From positions 384,001-448,000 of the forward strand of contig CAWGMA010000003.1 in NCBI GenBank assembly GCA_963823555.1: 64,000 nucleotides of DNA, given 5' to 3'. Below are positions 41,774 to 52,433 of this stretch, piece by piece (positions within the stretch are counted from its first letter, which is position 1; every line of letters starts with the position of its first letter). Made by a program: the position numbers and the translations under genes. This DNA is from Candidatus Eiseniibacteriota bacterium. Lineage in GTDB: Bacteria; Eisenbacteria; RBG-16-71-46; CAVPCR01. The notes under the pieces were generated by a model. It saw nothing but the letters and a program-made list of their open reading frames with translations. It was not told where the DNA came from and did no database searches.

Positions 41774-42190
41774 TCACGCTGGGCGATCACCGAGGTACTT
41801 GTCCGCAAACTCCCTCGGGCGCTGGACGCTTATCCCTCGATATCCGCTGACCTTTAAGAGATGCCTGTCGCCACTGATAACGCGCCTCGCTCGGCCGGCC
41901 ACGGCGCAGGCCAGAAACTTGTCGTCGGCCCTGTCTTCGCACACAGGCAGCGGGAGAGCTGGGGCGACAACGATCGTGGCCTTTGAGATGAGCAGGACCA
42001 GTATTGGCGTGACATCAACTCCAGGGAAACGCTGGGCAATCCTCTGCGCCGTGCCCCAGTACTCATCGACAATCTCTGGCGACACAACCACATCCAGCTC
42101 ATCGTCTCTCCACGCCAAGACGATCCGGTACGGTGCGCCACCGAAGAAGATCCCCGAAATCAGCACGTTGGTGTCGACCACGATCCTCAC
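41774..42190 (-). CDS. PIN domain toxin
   Basis: VVDTNVLISG, DDKFLACA, ISGDRHLL. Confidence 0.9.
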   Translation of the reverse strand: MRIVVDTNVLISGIFFGGAPYRIVLAWRDDELDVVVSPEIVDEYWGTAQRIAQRFPGVDVTPILVLLISKATIVVAPALPLPVCEDRADDKFLACAVAGRARRVISGDRHLLKVSGYRGISVQRPREFADKYLGDRPA

Positions 42191-42450
42191 TGCCGGCCTC
42201 GGGTCGCGGCTACCGCTCGCGTGATGTCCGAGCGCTTCACCTTTGCGCGGCGCGCGGCCTTGCGCGTCTCGGCCACCAAGTCATCAAACTCAGCGACCGA
42301 GGGCGGAGCGATGACCTTGAGGATTACGACATCCCCATTGCCGATCACGACGAACTGGGCGCCGGGCTGCAACCCGAGTCGTTTGCGGATATTCTCGGGA
42401 ATGACGACCTGTCCCTTGGCAGACATTTTGGTTGTAGCGAGCGTAGGCAT
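42187..42450 (-). CDS. AbrB/MazE family antitoxin
   Basis: KGQVVIPENIRKRLGL. Confidence 0.9.
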   Translation of the reverse strand: MPTLATTKMSAKGQVVIPENIRKRLGLQPGAQFVVIGNGDVVILKVIAPPSVAEFDDLVAETRKAARRAKVKRSDITRAVAATRGRQ

Positions 42451-42464
42451 CTGGTTCCTCCCCT

Positions 42465-42488
42465 GGTAGTCTTACCAGTAAGACTACC
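42465..42488. promoter_or_regulatory. operator of the AbrB/PIN operon
   Basis: perfect inverted repeat GGTAGTCTTAC-CA-GTAAGACTACC just upstream of the antitoxin. Confidence 0.65.
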
Positions 42489-42712
42489 CCAAGCACCGAG
42501 GCCCCGCAAGGGGCGGTTTTCTGTGACCGGAGTGCGGGTGCCCGTGAGCAAAGGAACCCGATGTGCTACGGGTTGGCCAAGGGCGCATAACGCGCGGCTG
42601 TCAACGAACATTGAAAACTGGTCCAAGGTGAACGGCGAAAAGTGGACCACCCCTGCTGAGGATCCGGGCTGATCACGGTAAGTTCTGACCTCCTTTCTGG
42701 TTCCGAGTCTGC

Positions 42713-43168
42713 TCAGGCCGGGGCGAGAGCAGGGGCCTGGGTCGTGGCCAGGGTGCGTTCCCGCAGCCGGTAGCTGTGTCCCTTGATCGATAACACATGG
42801 CTGTGATGGAGTCGCCGATCGAGGATGGCGGTGGCGATGGCGTGATCGCCGAAGACCTCTGGCCACTCGGTCACGGACTTGTTCGAGGTGAGGATCACAC
42901 TCGAGCGTTCGTAGCGGTAGGCGACGACCTGGAAGAGGTAGTTGGCTTCGGCACGCGAGAGCGGTAGGTACCCGACCTCATCGAGCACCTTGATCCGCCG
43001 CTCCTCCCGCGCCGCGATCTCTTCTTCGAGCAGCTGGTCGAGGAAAGCCGCATACCCGAGCTCGCTGTCTTCAGCACTCTTGAGCGCCTCAGGCAGGGTG
43101 TCCTTGACGCGCCACAGCCCGAGTCGATCGAGTTGCGTGACCAGGCGATCGTAGGTGGGCTGGCTCAT
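42713..43168 (-). pseudogene. istB: IstB helper ATPase with internal in-frame deletion
   Basis: ERRIK joined directly to VLDEVGYL (Walker A missing); ILTSN, AILDR motifs. Confidence 0.85.
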
Positions 43169-44277
43169 CGCACACCTCCGAGGACGGAGACATACTCCGC
43201 GATCGGGCGCTGCTCGACCTCGGCCGCGGCCCAGGGCACCACCGAGAGCAGGTGGACGCGACGGGTGACCGGTCGGCGTTTCGCTGCCCGTTCCTGCAGC
43301 CGTTCGAACCGGGGGCGTCGCAGGGCAGCCACATGCTCCTCGATGATCGAGCGCTCACCCTTGGCCACCTGGCGGTGTTCGGCTACACGCTCGGCTTGCG
43401 AGAAGATCTCGATCGCATCGCCCAGCGGATCGATCTTGACGACCACGCGAGAGCCGACTAGATGATGCGGAACCGAGTAACGTCCGGCATGGAAGCTCAC
43501 GGTGCAATCGCTCAGCACCCGTCGGGTCTCCGGCAACCGTGGATCAAAGCTGATCTCCGGCAGCGCCAGAAGTTCCGGTCGCTCCCGTTCCAGACGCGCC
43601 CAGGGCACTTCGCCCGTGGTGCCGTGAACGCGTCCGTTGCGGGCCCGATCGAGCGCGGTCACGGCATCTTGCAGTGCGTACAGGCCCGGGTACTGCTCTT
43701 CGAGCAGGCCGGCATCCTCGATATCCCGGTAGCTCCGTTCGGTCTTCCCCTTCCGTTCGGGGTGATACGGCCAGGCCGGGTCCGGCTCGCAGCCATAGTG
43801 TCGACAGACGTCCAGGAAGAAGGGCTGGAGCTCGAGCTGCGGGCGCGGCCGCAAGACCGCCGCCTTCGTGTTGTCGAACAACACTCGCGCCGGCACACCC
43901 CCGGCTGCGATGAACGCCCAGCGCAACGCCGCCAGGAGGGCGGGCAGATTGATGCTGCGCACGACGAGTGTCCACTGTGCCCGCGACCACCCGAGCAGAA
44001 AGCGGAAGAAGTGCACGCTGGTCTCGGGCTCGGCGCGGAGCAGACCACGTGCCGGTCCTTTCCAGTCGAACTGGCCTTCGAGTCCGGGCGCGGTCTCGAA
44101 CCGCACGCAGGCGCGCCGACGAGCGCGCTCCAGGCGCCGCCGCTCGCGCACCCAACACTTCACCCGTTCGTAATGCCCCTGGTAGCCCTCGCGCACAATC
44201 AGCGCATGGAGCACCGTCGCCGGTGCCGCCGGCCGTGCCGCCAGCAACTCTTCGAGACGACCTACGAACGGTTCGAG
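43165..44277 (-). pseudogene. istA: IstA transposase, 5'-truncated
   Basis: RFETAPG..QFDW, FDNTK, KGKTER, VHGTTGE, YSVP; N-terminal HTH absent. Confidence 0.88.
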
Positions 44278-44467
44278 CGCCGGCCGCCGGGTTCGCCAGC
44301 CGCGGTATCGTTATGTGCACGGCCTCGGATCGCCTTGGTCTAGCTCTCAGCGTCGCCATGGAGCACCCTCGATGGCGATCTCGCGACGCCCCTTGTCCGG
44401 GCCATCGTGGCCGTCGAACGCACGTCCCCGGCTGGCATGATCGTGGCTGCGGTGCTACTCTCGTCCC

Positions 44468-44737
44468 ATGCCCGAACTGTCGCGGTTCTTTGGGATCATC
44501 GTCCGAATGTTCGCTGAGGCTGGAGAACCACATCACGCGGCTCATTTCCATGCCTACTACCAGGACCATATCGGCGTCTTCGGCATTGACCCCGTCGAGT
44601 TGCTCGCTGGCTCTTTCCCTCGCCGCCAGCAGCGGCTGGTTGAGGCATGGGCGGAGCTCCATCAGCAGGAGCTTCTTCAGGACTGGGAGCGCCTGCAGGC
44701 AGGCCAGCGGCCTTTGCCCATCGATCCACTTCGCTAA
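44468..44737 (+). CDS. DUF4160 domain protein (putative toxin)
   Basis: MPELSRFFGI, HFHAYY, WAELHQQEL; TG-n-TACTCT just upstream. Confidence 0.85.
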   Translation: MPELSRFFGIIVRMFAEAGEPHHAAHFHAYYQDHIGVFGIDPVELLAGSFPRRQQRLVEAWAELHQQELLQDWERLQAGQRPLPIDPLR

Positions 44738-44746
44738 CGAGGCCAT

Positions 44747-45043
44747 ATGAAGCACCCAATCGTCCGCGTCGAGTCCTTCGAGATCGTTGGGCCTTATACC
44801 CTGCGTGTCGCCTTCGACGATGGTTCTGCACAGGTCATTGATTTCCGCCCGGTCCTCTTCGGCGAGCTATTTGGACCGCTTCAGGACCTCACGCTGTTCA
44901 ATCGTGTTGGCATCGACCCCGAGGTTAGAACCCTCGTTTGGCCCAACGGCGCCGACTTCGACCCTGCTACACTTCACGGATGGCCGCAGCACGCTCGCGC
45001 CATGGAGCAACTGGCTCGTCGCTGGGAGCGCGGCGCTGCTTGA
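44747..45043 (+). CDS. DUF2442 domain protein (putative antitoxin)
   Basis: LRVAFDDG, WPNGADFDPATL. Confidence 0.85.
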   Translation: MKHPIVRVESFEIVGPYTLRVAFDDGSAQVIDFRPVLFGELFGPLQDLTLFNRVGIDPEVRTLVWPNGADFDPATLHGWPQHARAMEQLARRWERGAA

Positions 45044-46059
<1,016 letters not shown>

Positions 46060-46117
46060 CCATCGCAGGCTGAGGCCTTCTCGTCCTGGGCTTCATCGCA
46101 GTTTCCCTTCGCTCCTC

Positions 46118-46277
46118 GCATAACACGCGGCCTGGCGGCTCCGCTCGCTGCGCTCGCTTCGCTGCAACCCGGCGCTCTCCGTCACGGCGCTTGCCGTGAC
46201 GGGCCGCGCTGGAGGCCCCCTTGCTGCGGCAAGCGCCGCGCCGGCCGCTGGGTTCTCCAGCCGCGGAAACGTTATGC
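46118..46277 (+). repeat. attC-like site 21
   Basis: GCATAAC...GGAAAC-GTTATGC. Confidence 0.85.
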
Positions 46278-46311
46278 GCGCAGCAAGGACGCAGTCCGGA
46301 GGTGCATCCCA

Positions 46312-47691
46312 ATGAAAGCAGCGATCCCCCTCGTGGCTCTTGCCCTGCTCGTGGGTGCCAACCCCCTGAGCGCGGCGACCCTCGTCGTCCCTGACCAGTA
46401 CGCATCGATCGGTGCCGCCATCCTCGCGGCCACCAATGGCGACACAGTCTTCGTCCGTGCTGGGACCTATGTCGAGAATCTGAACTTCATGGGCAAGGGC
46501 ATCTCCCTGGTCAGCGAGGACGGACCGGTGGCCACCATCATTGATGGATCGAACCCATCGCACCCCGACTCGGGGAGCGTGCTCTTCATTCCGCCCGCGC
46601 CGACGCCAATCCTCGTGAGAGGTTTCACCATCACTGGGGGCAGCGGAACGCTCGATCAGAACATGTTCTCCAGAAGAGCCGGTGGCATCTATCTCCTGAC
46701 GGCTGGGGCTATCAAGGACAGCTGGATCACCGAGAATCACGCCGCTAGCATCACTGGAGTTGCGGGCGGGATCGAAGTGGCCGCCCAAGGCGTGACACTC
46801 CAGGGGAACCGCATCTACTCGAACACCGCGGGCTTGTCGTCCAGCGGTTCACGAGGCGGCGGGATCCTCATCAACGGATCCGACACAATCATCGAAGACA
46901 ATGTGGTGTTTGCCAATCAGGCTCTGGGGGAGCCAGGCACGGGTGGTGGTTGCTACGCGGACGGTATCACCACATTCCTTCATAACGTCTTTGCGTGCAA
47001 CCGAGGGTCGAACCGCGGAACTGCCATCAACGGCGCGTATCTCATCGAGAACTGCACGATTGTCGGAAACAGCGGCCTCCATCCCGCTTTCGATTCGGCG
47101 CTCGGCCGAGTCCAGACGGTCCGTCGTTCGAGCATCACCAGCAACGTGGGCCCGGGGATCGATGCTTGCAACCATCTCACGACTCCCTGCAACAACTTCT
47201 TCGATAACATTGGCGACGATCCAGCCTGCTATGACGCTGGCAACGGGAACATATCGGTCGAGCCTCTCTATGAGGAAACCCAGTGCGGCAGCACGTTCTG
47301 CCTCTTGCCGGAGTCACCTCTCCTGCCTGAGAACTCGCCACCTGGGTGCGGGCTCATCGGGGCGAGCGAGCAGTGCGTGTCAACGGCAATCGACGCGCCG
47401 ACAAGTCCCGATTACGCCTCTGGGCCGCTGGTTGCGCGACCGAATCCGTTCAACCCCGCGACTACCATTGCGTTCGTGCTCCCGGGTCGGCGCAGCCTCA
47501 CACTCGCCGTGTATGACACGTCCGGGCGTGCGGTGCGGATTCTCTTTGACGGTACCCTGCCGTCCGGGCCGCACGAGATCGTCTGGGACGGCCGTGACTC
47601 TCGCGGCACCTTGGTCGAGTCCGGGGCGTACATCGCAGTGCTGCAATCACCGGAGGCACGCTGGAGCCAGAAGCTGCTTCTCGTGAAATGA
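46312..47691 (+). CDS. secreted beta-helix protein with FlgD-Ig/T9SS-like C-terminal domain (cassette 22)
   Basis: VPDQYASIGAAI; PNPFNPATTI..YDTSGRAVR..WDGRD..SGAY..KLLLVK. Confidence 0.85.
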   Translation: MKAAIPLVALALLVGANPLSAATLVVPDQYASIGAAILAATNGDTVFVRAGTYVENLNFMGKGISLVSEDGPVATIIDGSNPSHPDSGSVLFIPPAPTPILVRGFTITGGSGTLDQNMFSRRAGGIYLLTAGAIKDSWITENHAASITGVAGGIEVAAQGVTLQGNRIYSNTAGLSSSGSRGGGILINGSDTIIEDNVVFANQALGEPGTGGGCYADGITTFLHNVFACNRGSNRGTAINGAYLIENCTIVGNSGLHPAFDSALGRVQTVRRSSITSNVGPGIDACNHLTTPCNNFFDNIGDDPACYDAGNGNISVEPLYEETQCGSTFCLLPESPLLPENSPPGCGLIGASEQCVSTAIDAPTSPDYASGPLVARPNPFNPATTIAFVLPGRRSLTLAVYDTSGRAVRILFDGTLPSGPHEIVWDGRDSRGTLVESGAYIAVLQSPEARWSQKLLLVK

Positions 47692-47725
47692 GGGCGAGTG
47701 TCCAGTAGCCTATCTATGGCGGCGC

Positions 47726-47884
47726 GCACAACCCGCGTCCTGGTGGCTCCGCTCGCTGCGCTCGCTGCGTCCAACCCGGCGCTCTCCGTCACGGCGCTTG
47801 CCGTGACGGGCCGCGCTGGAGTCCTCCTTGCTGCGGCAAGCGCCGCGCCGGGCGCCGGGTTCGCCAGCCGCGGTATCGTTAAGC
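47726..47884 (+). repeat. attC-like site 22
   Basis: GCACAAC...GTTAAGC. Confidence 0.8.
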
Positions 47885-48069
47885 GCACCTCGCTCCCGGG
47901 GTCACGCGTGCAGGAGGGGTCCGAGCCCCCTTTCACTGACAGCTTGGTGGAGGGGACCCGTTTGCGTACACTGGAGTCGGGCTCGGAGACGCCCGAGCCC
48001 CCTATGGCGGGCGAGCGGTTGGAACTGATGGCTGCCACTCCTGGCACCGGTGGGCCGCGGAGGTAGAAG

Positions 48070-48327
48070 CTGCGACGGCGAGAGTGGCCCCTCTGGTGTG
48101 CCTGGGAACTCGAACTGAGCCCGCACCTGGTCAAGCGCATGATTGATCGCCGGTTCTCCGAGATCGATCTCAGGACGATGCTTGAGCGCGCATCAGGCTA
48201 TGAGAGAGACGTGGTTGTCGGGCGGTGGGTCATCGAAACGCGGTTACGGAGACGGCGATGGCAAGTCATCGTCGAGCCTGATATTGCTACGGAGAGGCTC
48301 GTTGTCGTCACGGCCTATCCACTCTGA
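48070..48327 (+). CDS. DUF4258-like putative toxin
   Basis: LSPHLVKRMIDR, VVVTAYP; start is either CTG 48070 (GGAGG 6 nt upstream) or ATG 48139. Confidence 0.7.
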   Translation: MRRREWPLWCAWELELSPHLVKRMIDRRFSEIDLRTMLERASGYERDVVVGRWVIETRLRRRRWQVIVEPDIATERLVVVTAYPL

Positions 48328-48338
48328 GAAAGAGCGCA

Positions 48339-48608
48339 ATGCATGAGCCATACTTGGAAGTGACCTTTCGTCACGGTCGCCCGCTGGCGGCCTATCTGTA
48401 CCTGCCACGACGACCGGGGCAACGCAGCTTTCGAAGTCGACCTGTGGACCCCGGCATGGTTATCGACTTCAGCCGCGGTGGTCACCCCATCGGCATCGAG
48501 ATAACCGCACCAGATAGAGTCTCGCTTGCGGCAATCAACCGCGTCCTCCGTTCCCTTGGCTGCGCCCCCGTCAAGAAGGCCGATCTTGCGCCGCTGCGCG
48601 CTGCCTAG
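48339..48608 (+). CDS. DUF2283-like putative antitoxin
   Basis: AAYLYL, VIDF..GHPIGIEI. Confidence 0.75.
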   Translation: MHEPYLEVTFRHGRPLAAYLYLPRRPGQRSFRSRPVDPGMVIDFSRGGHPIGIEITAPDRVSLAAINRVLRSLGCAPVKKADLAPLRAA

Positions 48609-48692
48609 GCAGGTGTCACACCGAGTCCGGTCCGGCAAGCGAATACGACGACGGTGACAGCCAACCTCGAATATGGCCGCCATGCGAGGTGC

Positions 48693-48859
48693 GCTTAACG
48701 CGCGGCTAGGCGGCTCCGCTCGCTCGCTGCGCTCGCATCGCTTCGCCCAACCCGGTCGTCCGTCACGGCGCTTGCGGTCGGGGGCGGGGTTGAGGTTCGA
48801 TCTTGCTGCGGCAAGCGCCGTGCCGGGCGCCGGGTTCGCCAGCCGCGGTATCGTCATAC
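48693..48859 (+). repeat. attC-like site 23 (last)
   Basis: GCTTAAC...GGTATC-GTCATAC. Confidence 0.82.
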
Positions 48860-48917
48860 GCGCGGCCGCAGCACTTGGGGTGTGGCAAGCTTCGCTCACC
48901 GGAAGGTGGTGGATGCC

Positions 48918-50369
48918 ATGCGTGTATTGTTCCCGCTCCTTCTCCTCGCTGTTTGGCTCCCTGGATCGGCGACGGCGGCGATCATCCGCGTCCCCGCCGA
49001 CCATCCCACCATCCAGGCCGCGATCGACGCCGCGGTCACCGGCGACGAGGTGCTCGTGGCGCCGGGCACCTACACCGGCCCCGGGAACAAGAACCTCCGC
49101 ATCGAGCTCAAGGACATCGCGGTGCGCTCTGAAGGCGGGCCGGAGATGACCATCATCGATTGCGAGGGGAGCGGCCGGGGGTTCACCATCGCGGGCGTCT
49201 ATCCGCCCCTGGGGATCGTCGAGGGCTTCACCGTCCAGAACGGCGATGGCGATGGCGGCGATCTGACCGGCGGCGGCGCACTCTTCATCGCCGGCGGATC
49301 GCCGACGATCCGGAGCTGTGTCTTCCGGTACAACACGGGAGGGGGGCCGCCCAACTCCCCCCAGGTTGGCGGCGGTGGTGGTGCGGTCTGCTACGGATCC
49401 TTCTCCCTCTTCGAGGACTGCACCTTCGAGGCCAACGCCGCACCCTATGGCGGGGCCCTGGCGCTGCATGGGTCGGGACTGGTGATCCGGGACTGCCGGT
49501 TCGTGGGTAACACGGCGGCCTGGGATGGAGGTGGAATCACGACGGAGTACGACGTGAACCTCCCCAAGACCTGGATCGAGGGTTGCGACTTCATCGAGAA
49601 TCTGGCGCGGGATGGGGGCGGGGCCACCCTCACCCGATGCCGGGTGGAAGACTGCAGCTTTGTGCGAAACATCGCGCGGGCCGGAAGTGGGGCGGGGCTT
49701 TCGGCTTACGCATCCTCAGTGGTCGGATGCAGGTTCGAGGAGAATACGTCGCAGGGAAGGGGTGGCGGTGTCGTCATCCATCGTACTCAGCTCATCGGCT
49801 GCACCATCTCCGGCAACCGGGCCGAGCAAGGCGGTGGCGTTGGGATCGGCGGCGAATCGACCGTCGAGAACTGCACGATCACCGATAACGTGGCCGAGGA
49901 GCTGGGCGGTGGACTCCACTCCTCCGCCAGGGGGGAGACCGTGATCAAGTTATGCACGTTCGCCCGCAACTCGGCACCGCTCGGCAGCGGACTCGCCTTC
50001 GAGTTTGCGACCGCGAACATCATCGAAACGTCAATCGTGGCGTTCGGCCTTGGCGCTGCCATCGAGTGCATCGGTTCCCCCATGAGCCTGAGCTGCACCG
50101 ACATCTACGGGAACGAAGGCGGCGACTGGGTGGGATGCATCGCCGAGTTCGCCAGCATCAACGGTAACCTCGAGGCCGATCCGCGCTTCTGCGATCCGGA
50201 GGCTGACAACTGGCTCCTGTGCGAGGATTCGCCGTGCGCGCCCGGGGAGACCGGCGACTGTGGCCTCATCGGTGCATTCGGCGTGGGCTGCTCCTGTCCG
50301 AACGCGGTCGAACCCGCGACCTGGGGCCGGATCAAGGCACAGGGTCGGAACGGGGCGCCAAACCCGTAA
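48918..50369 (+). CDS. secreted beta-helix protein with TWGxIK tail
   Basis: VPADHPTIQAAID, repeated N.A..GGG units, GNLEADPRFC, VEPATWGRIK. Confidence 0.85.
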   Translation: MRVLFPLLLLAVWLPGSATAAIIRVPADHPTIQAAIDAAVTGDEVLVAPGTYTGPGNKNLRIELKDIAVRSEGGPEMTIIDCEGSGRGFTIAGVYPPLGIVEGFTVQNGDGDGGDLTGGGALFIAGGSPTIRSCVFRYNTGGGPPNSPQVGGGGGAVCYGSFSLFEDCTFEANAAPYGGALALHGSGLVIRDCRFVGNTAAWDGGGITTEYDVNLPKTWIEGCDFIENLARDGGGATLTRCRVEDCSFVRNIARAGSGAGLSAYASSVVGCRFEENTSQGRGGGVVIHRTQLIGCTISGNRAEQGGGVGIGGESTVENCTITDNVAEELGGGLHSSARGETVIKLCTFARNSAPLGSGLAFEFATANIIETSIVAFGLGAAIECIGSPMSLSCTDIYGNEGGDWVGCIAEFASINGNLEADPRFCDPEADNWLLCEDSPCAPGETGDCGLIGAFGVGCSCPNAVEPATWGRIKAQGRNGAPNP

Positions 50370-50426
50370 CGGCACTCGCCGGCAGGAGGCCATGCCTCAA
50401 GCCCGCCCATTCCCAGAATCATCGCC

Positions 50427-51065
50427 ATGATCTCGTCCTTCCGATATCGAGTCGCAGCTCTCATCCTTGCCGCTCTCCTCCTCAACGCGGGCGATGGCGC
50501 GGGAGCGGGACCCAACCATCGCACCACCCTCGTCATGCACGCGCAGACCGAGTTCGTTCACTGCGCCCTCGCGGATCCCTGCCTCGCCCCGGCCGGGCCC
50601 AGCGTCACCATCACCGATCCGGGCAGGCTCGTGAACATCTACGTCGTCGCTCGCAACTACGACCATCTCGCCGGCATCCAGTGGGCCTTCGACTGGCATC
50701 CCTCGTGGATCGTCTACGGCGGAGGCTGGACCTGTCCTCCCGGCGCCCTCGGCATTCCCTTCCCGCCGCCATACGGCCCTGGTCCCGTCCAGGGAAGCTG
50801 CACTTCAGCCTTCGACTGCCTCTCCGGCGGTTCCTCGCAGGTCATCGGATCCCTGCAGGCGGTGCCCGGCGAGGGATGTCTGGAGATCATCGAATCCGCG
50901 CTTCCCGATGGCACGCATGCCCTGAGCTGCTCCTATGAGGTGGATCCCATCGCGCCGGCCAACCGCGCTCGGGTCTGCGTCGGCTCCGGTGGCCTGAACA
51001 CCTGCGAGTCAGCCGTTCCGGTCGAGCCGGCGACCTGGGGGACGGTGAAGGCCCTCTATCGCTAG
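50427..51065 (+). CDS. secreted Cys-rich protein with TWGxVK tail, paralog of 40100
   Basis: ARNYDHLAGIQWAFDW, VEPATWGTVKALYR. Confidence 0.82.
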   Translation: MISSFRYRVAALILAALLLNAGDGAGAGPNHRTTLVMHAQTEFVHCALADPCLAPAGPSVTITDPGRLVNIYVVARNYDHLAGIQWAFDWHPSWIVYGGGWTCPPGALGIPFPPPYGPGPVQGSCTSAFDCLSGGSSQVIGSLQAVPGEGCLEIIESALPDGTHALSCSYEVDPIAPANRARVCVGSGGLNTCESAVPVEPATWGTVKALYR

Positions 51066-51083
51066 GCTCTGGTCGGAGTCCAG

Positions 51084-51698
51084 ATGAGGCTCTCCTTCAA
51101 AGCGATGGTTCTCGCCTGGGGCCTGGGCGCATGTCCTGCCGCGGCCGGTCCCAATGCCAACTTCACCCTCCCTCTTCACGCCATGCCTTCCTACTCCTGC
51201 GGTGATCCACTGCCGATCGACTGCCGCGACTCGCGGCCCACGACGACCATCCCCGCCCATGCCGCGAGCACCATCCTCCTCTTCATCGCCAACCACTCCG
51301 AGGTCATGCTCGTTCAGGCTGCCGTCTCATGGGACCGCTCGTGGACGCTCTGCTGCGTCGACTTCGAATGCCAGCCGTCCCAGGGGCACGCCCTCGTGCT
51401 CGATGACATCACGCTCTCCTTTGCGACGATCGTCCCCTGCCTCACCGGCCCGAGCCTCACCATCCTCGGCACCCTTTCCTACGAGACGGCCGAGGCGGGG
51501 TGTCTGCGCTTTGTCGAGCCCTCGTACTCCGGCGGCATCTATGCGGAGGACTGCGCTCTGCACGATGACAGGATCTCCGACCTCGAGTCCCCGCGGCTCG
51601 GGCGGATCTGCGTCGGGCAGGCAGGGCATGACGCATGCGATCCGCTGACGCCCGTAACGCTCACGACCTGGGGCGCGATCAAGGAATCCTATCGGTGA
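51084..51698 (+). CDS. secreted Cys-rich protein with TWGxIK tail
   Basis: AGPNANFTLPLHA, GRICVG, TTWGAIKESYR. Confidence 0.8.
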   Translation: MRLSFKAMVLAWGLGACPAAAGPNANFTLPLHAMPSYSCGDPLPIDCRDSRPTTTIPAHAASTILLFIANHSEVMLVQAAVSWDRSWTLCCVDFECQPSQGHALVLDDITLSFATIVPCLTGPSLTILGTLSYETAEAGCLRFVEPSYSGGIYAEDCALHDDRISDLESPRLGRICVGQAGHDACDPLTPVTLTTWGAIKESYR

Positions 51699-51712
51699 TT
51701 CGGCTGAGCCAG

Positions 51713-52285
51713 ATGATCCGCCTCGCACGGATCGTCATCATCGTGCCTCTGCTGATCTCGGCCTTGCCCGCCGCGGGCCGGGCGAGCCCTCCCGATTCGG
51801 TGCCGGCCTTCCGCGACGCGCAGATCACCCTCTTCGACGGCACCAGGTTCGAGGCCGACATGATCCGGGTCACCCGGGATACGGTGACCGCCTATGAGCA
51901 CCGATCCCGGCCGGCCGACGCGCTCATCTGGCCGCGCGACCTCGTGCCCGTGCAGTCGCTGGACATGCCGGAGGTCGCTCGTCTCGAGGTATCGAAGAAC
52001 GACGCGGGCAAGGGAGCGGTGATCGGCGCCGTCGCCGGTGCCGGTGCGCTTTGTGTGTGGTTCGGAACGTCGGACGATGAATGGGGTCAACTATCCGGCG
52101 CTGGTATCGTCATCCTGCTCGCTCTCTTCACCGGCGCCGGTGCTGGAGTCGGGGCGACCACCGGCGCCTTCTTCCACCATTGGGAGACCGTCTACGAGCC
52201 GGAATCCGGCCTCCGCGTCGAAGAGGCGGTCGAGTACACATCCGGAGTTGGATACCAGCCGATCCGGGCTCCAGGCAGCGAGTGA
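51713..52285 (+). CDS. exported protein with glycine-zipper segment
   Basis: Signal peptide, GAVIGAVAGAG..GAGAGVGA; start 51695 or 51713. Confidence 0.65.
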   Translation: MIRLARIVIIVPLLISALPAAGRASPPDSVPAFRDAQITLFDGTRFEADMIRVTRDTVTAYEHRSRPADALIWPRDLVPVQSLDMPEVARLEVSKNDAGKGAVIGAVAGAGALCVWFGTSDDEWGQLSGAGIVILLALFTGAGAGVGATTGAFFHHWETVYEPESGLRVEEAVEYTSGVGYQPIRAPGSE

Positions 52286-52433
52286 GCGCGCCTCCGGGAT
52301 CCGGAGAATATGGGCCATCGAGATTGGCGCCACAGAACCGGCGACGCCCGGCCAGGAACCGGGCGCAGCCCCCACGGTACTATTCCTCATAGCGTCCACC
52401 CTTCCGATCGCCCCGCACGTGGGATGGAGTGCG

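Larger units (their letters stand above)
42599..44277 (-). mobile_element. truncated IS21-family element inserted in attC 19
   Basis: End TGTCAACG.. with internal repeats GAAAACTGGTCCA/GAAAAGTGGACCA; istA-istB pair; attC halves at 42585-42598 and ~44277-44316. Confidence 0.88.
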
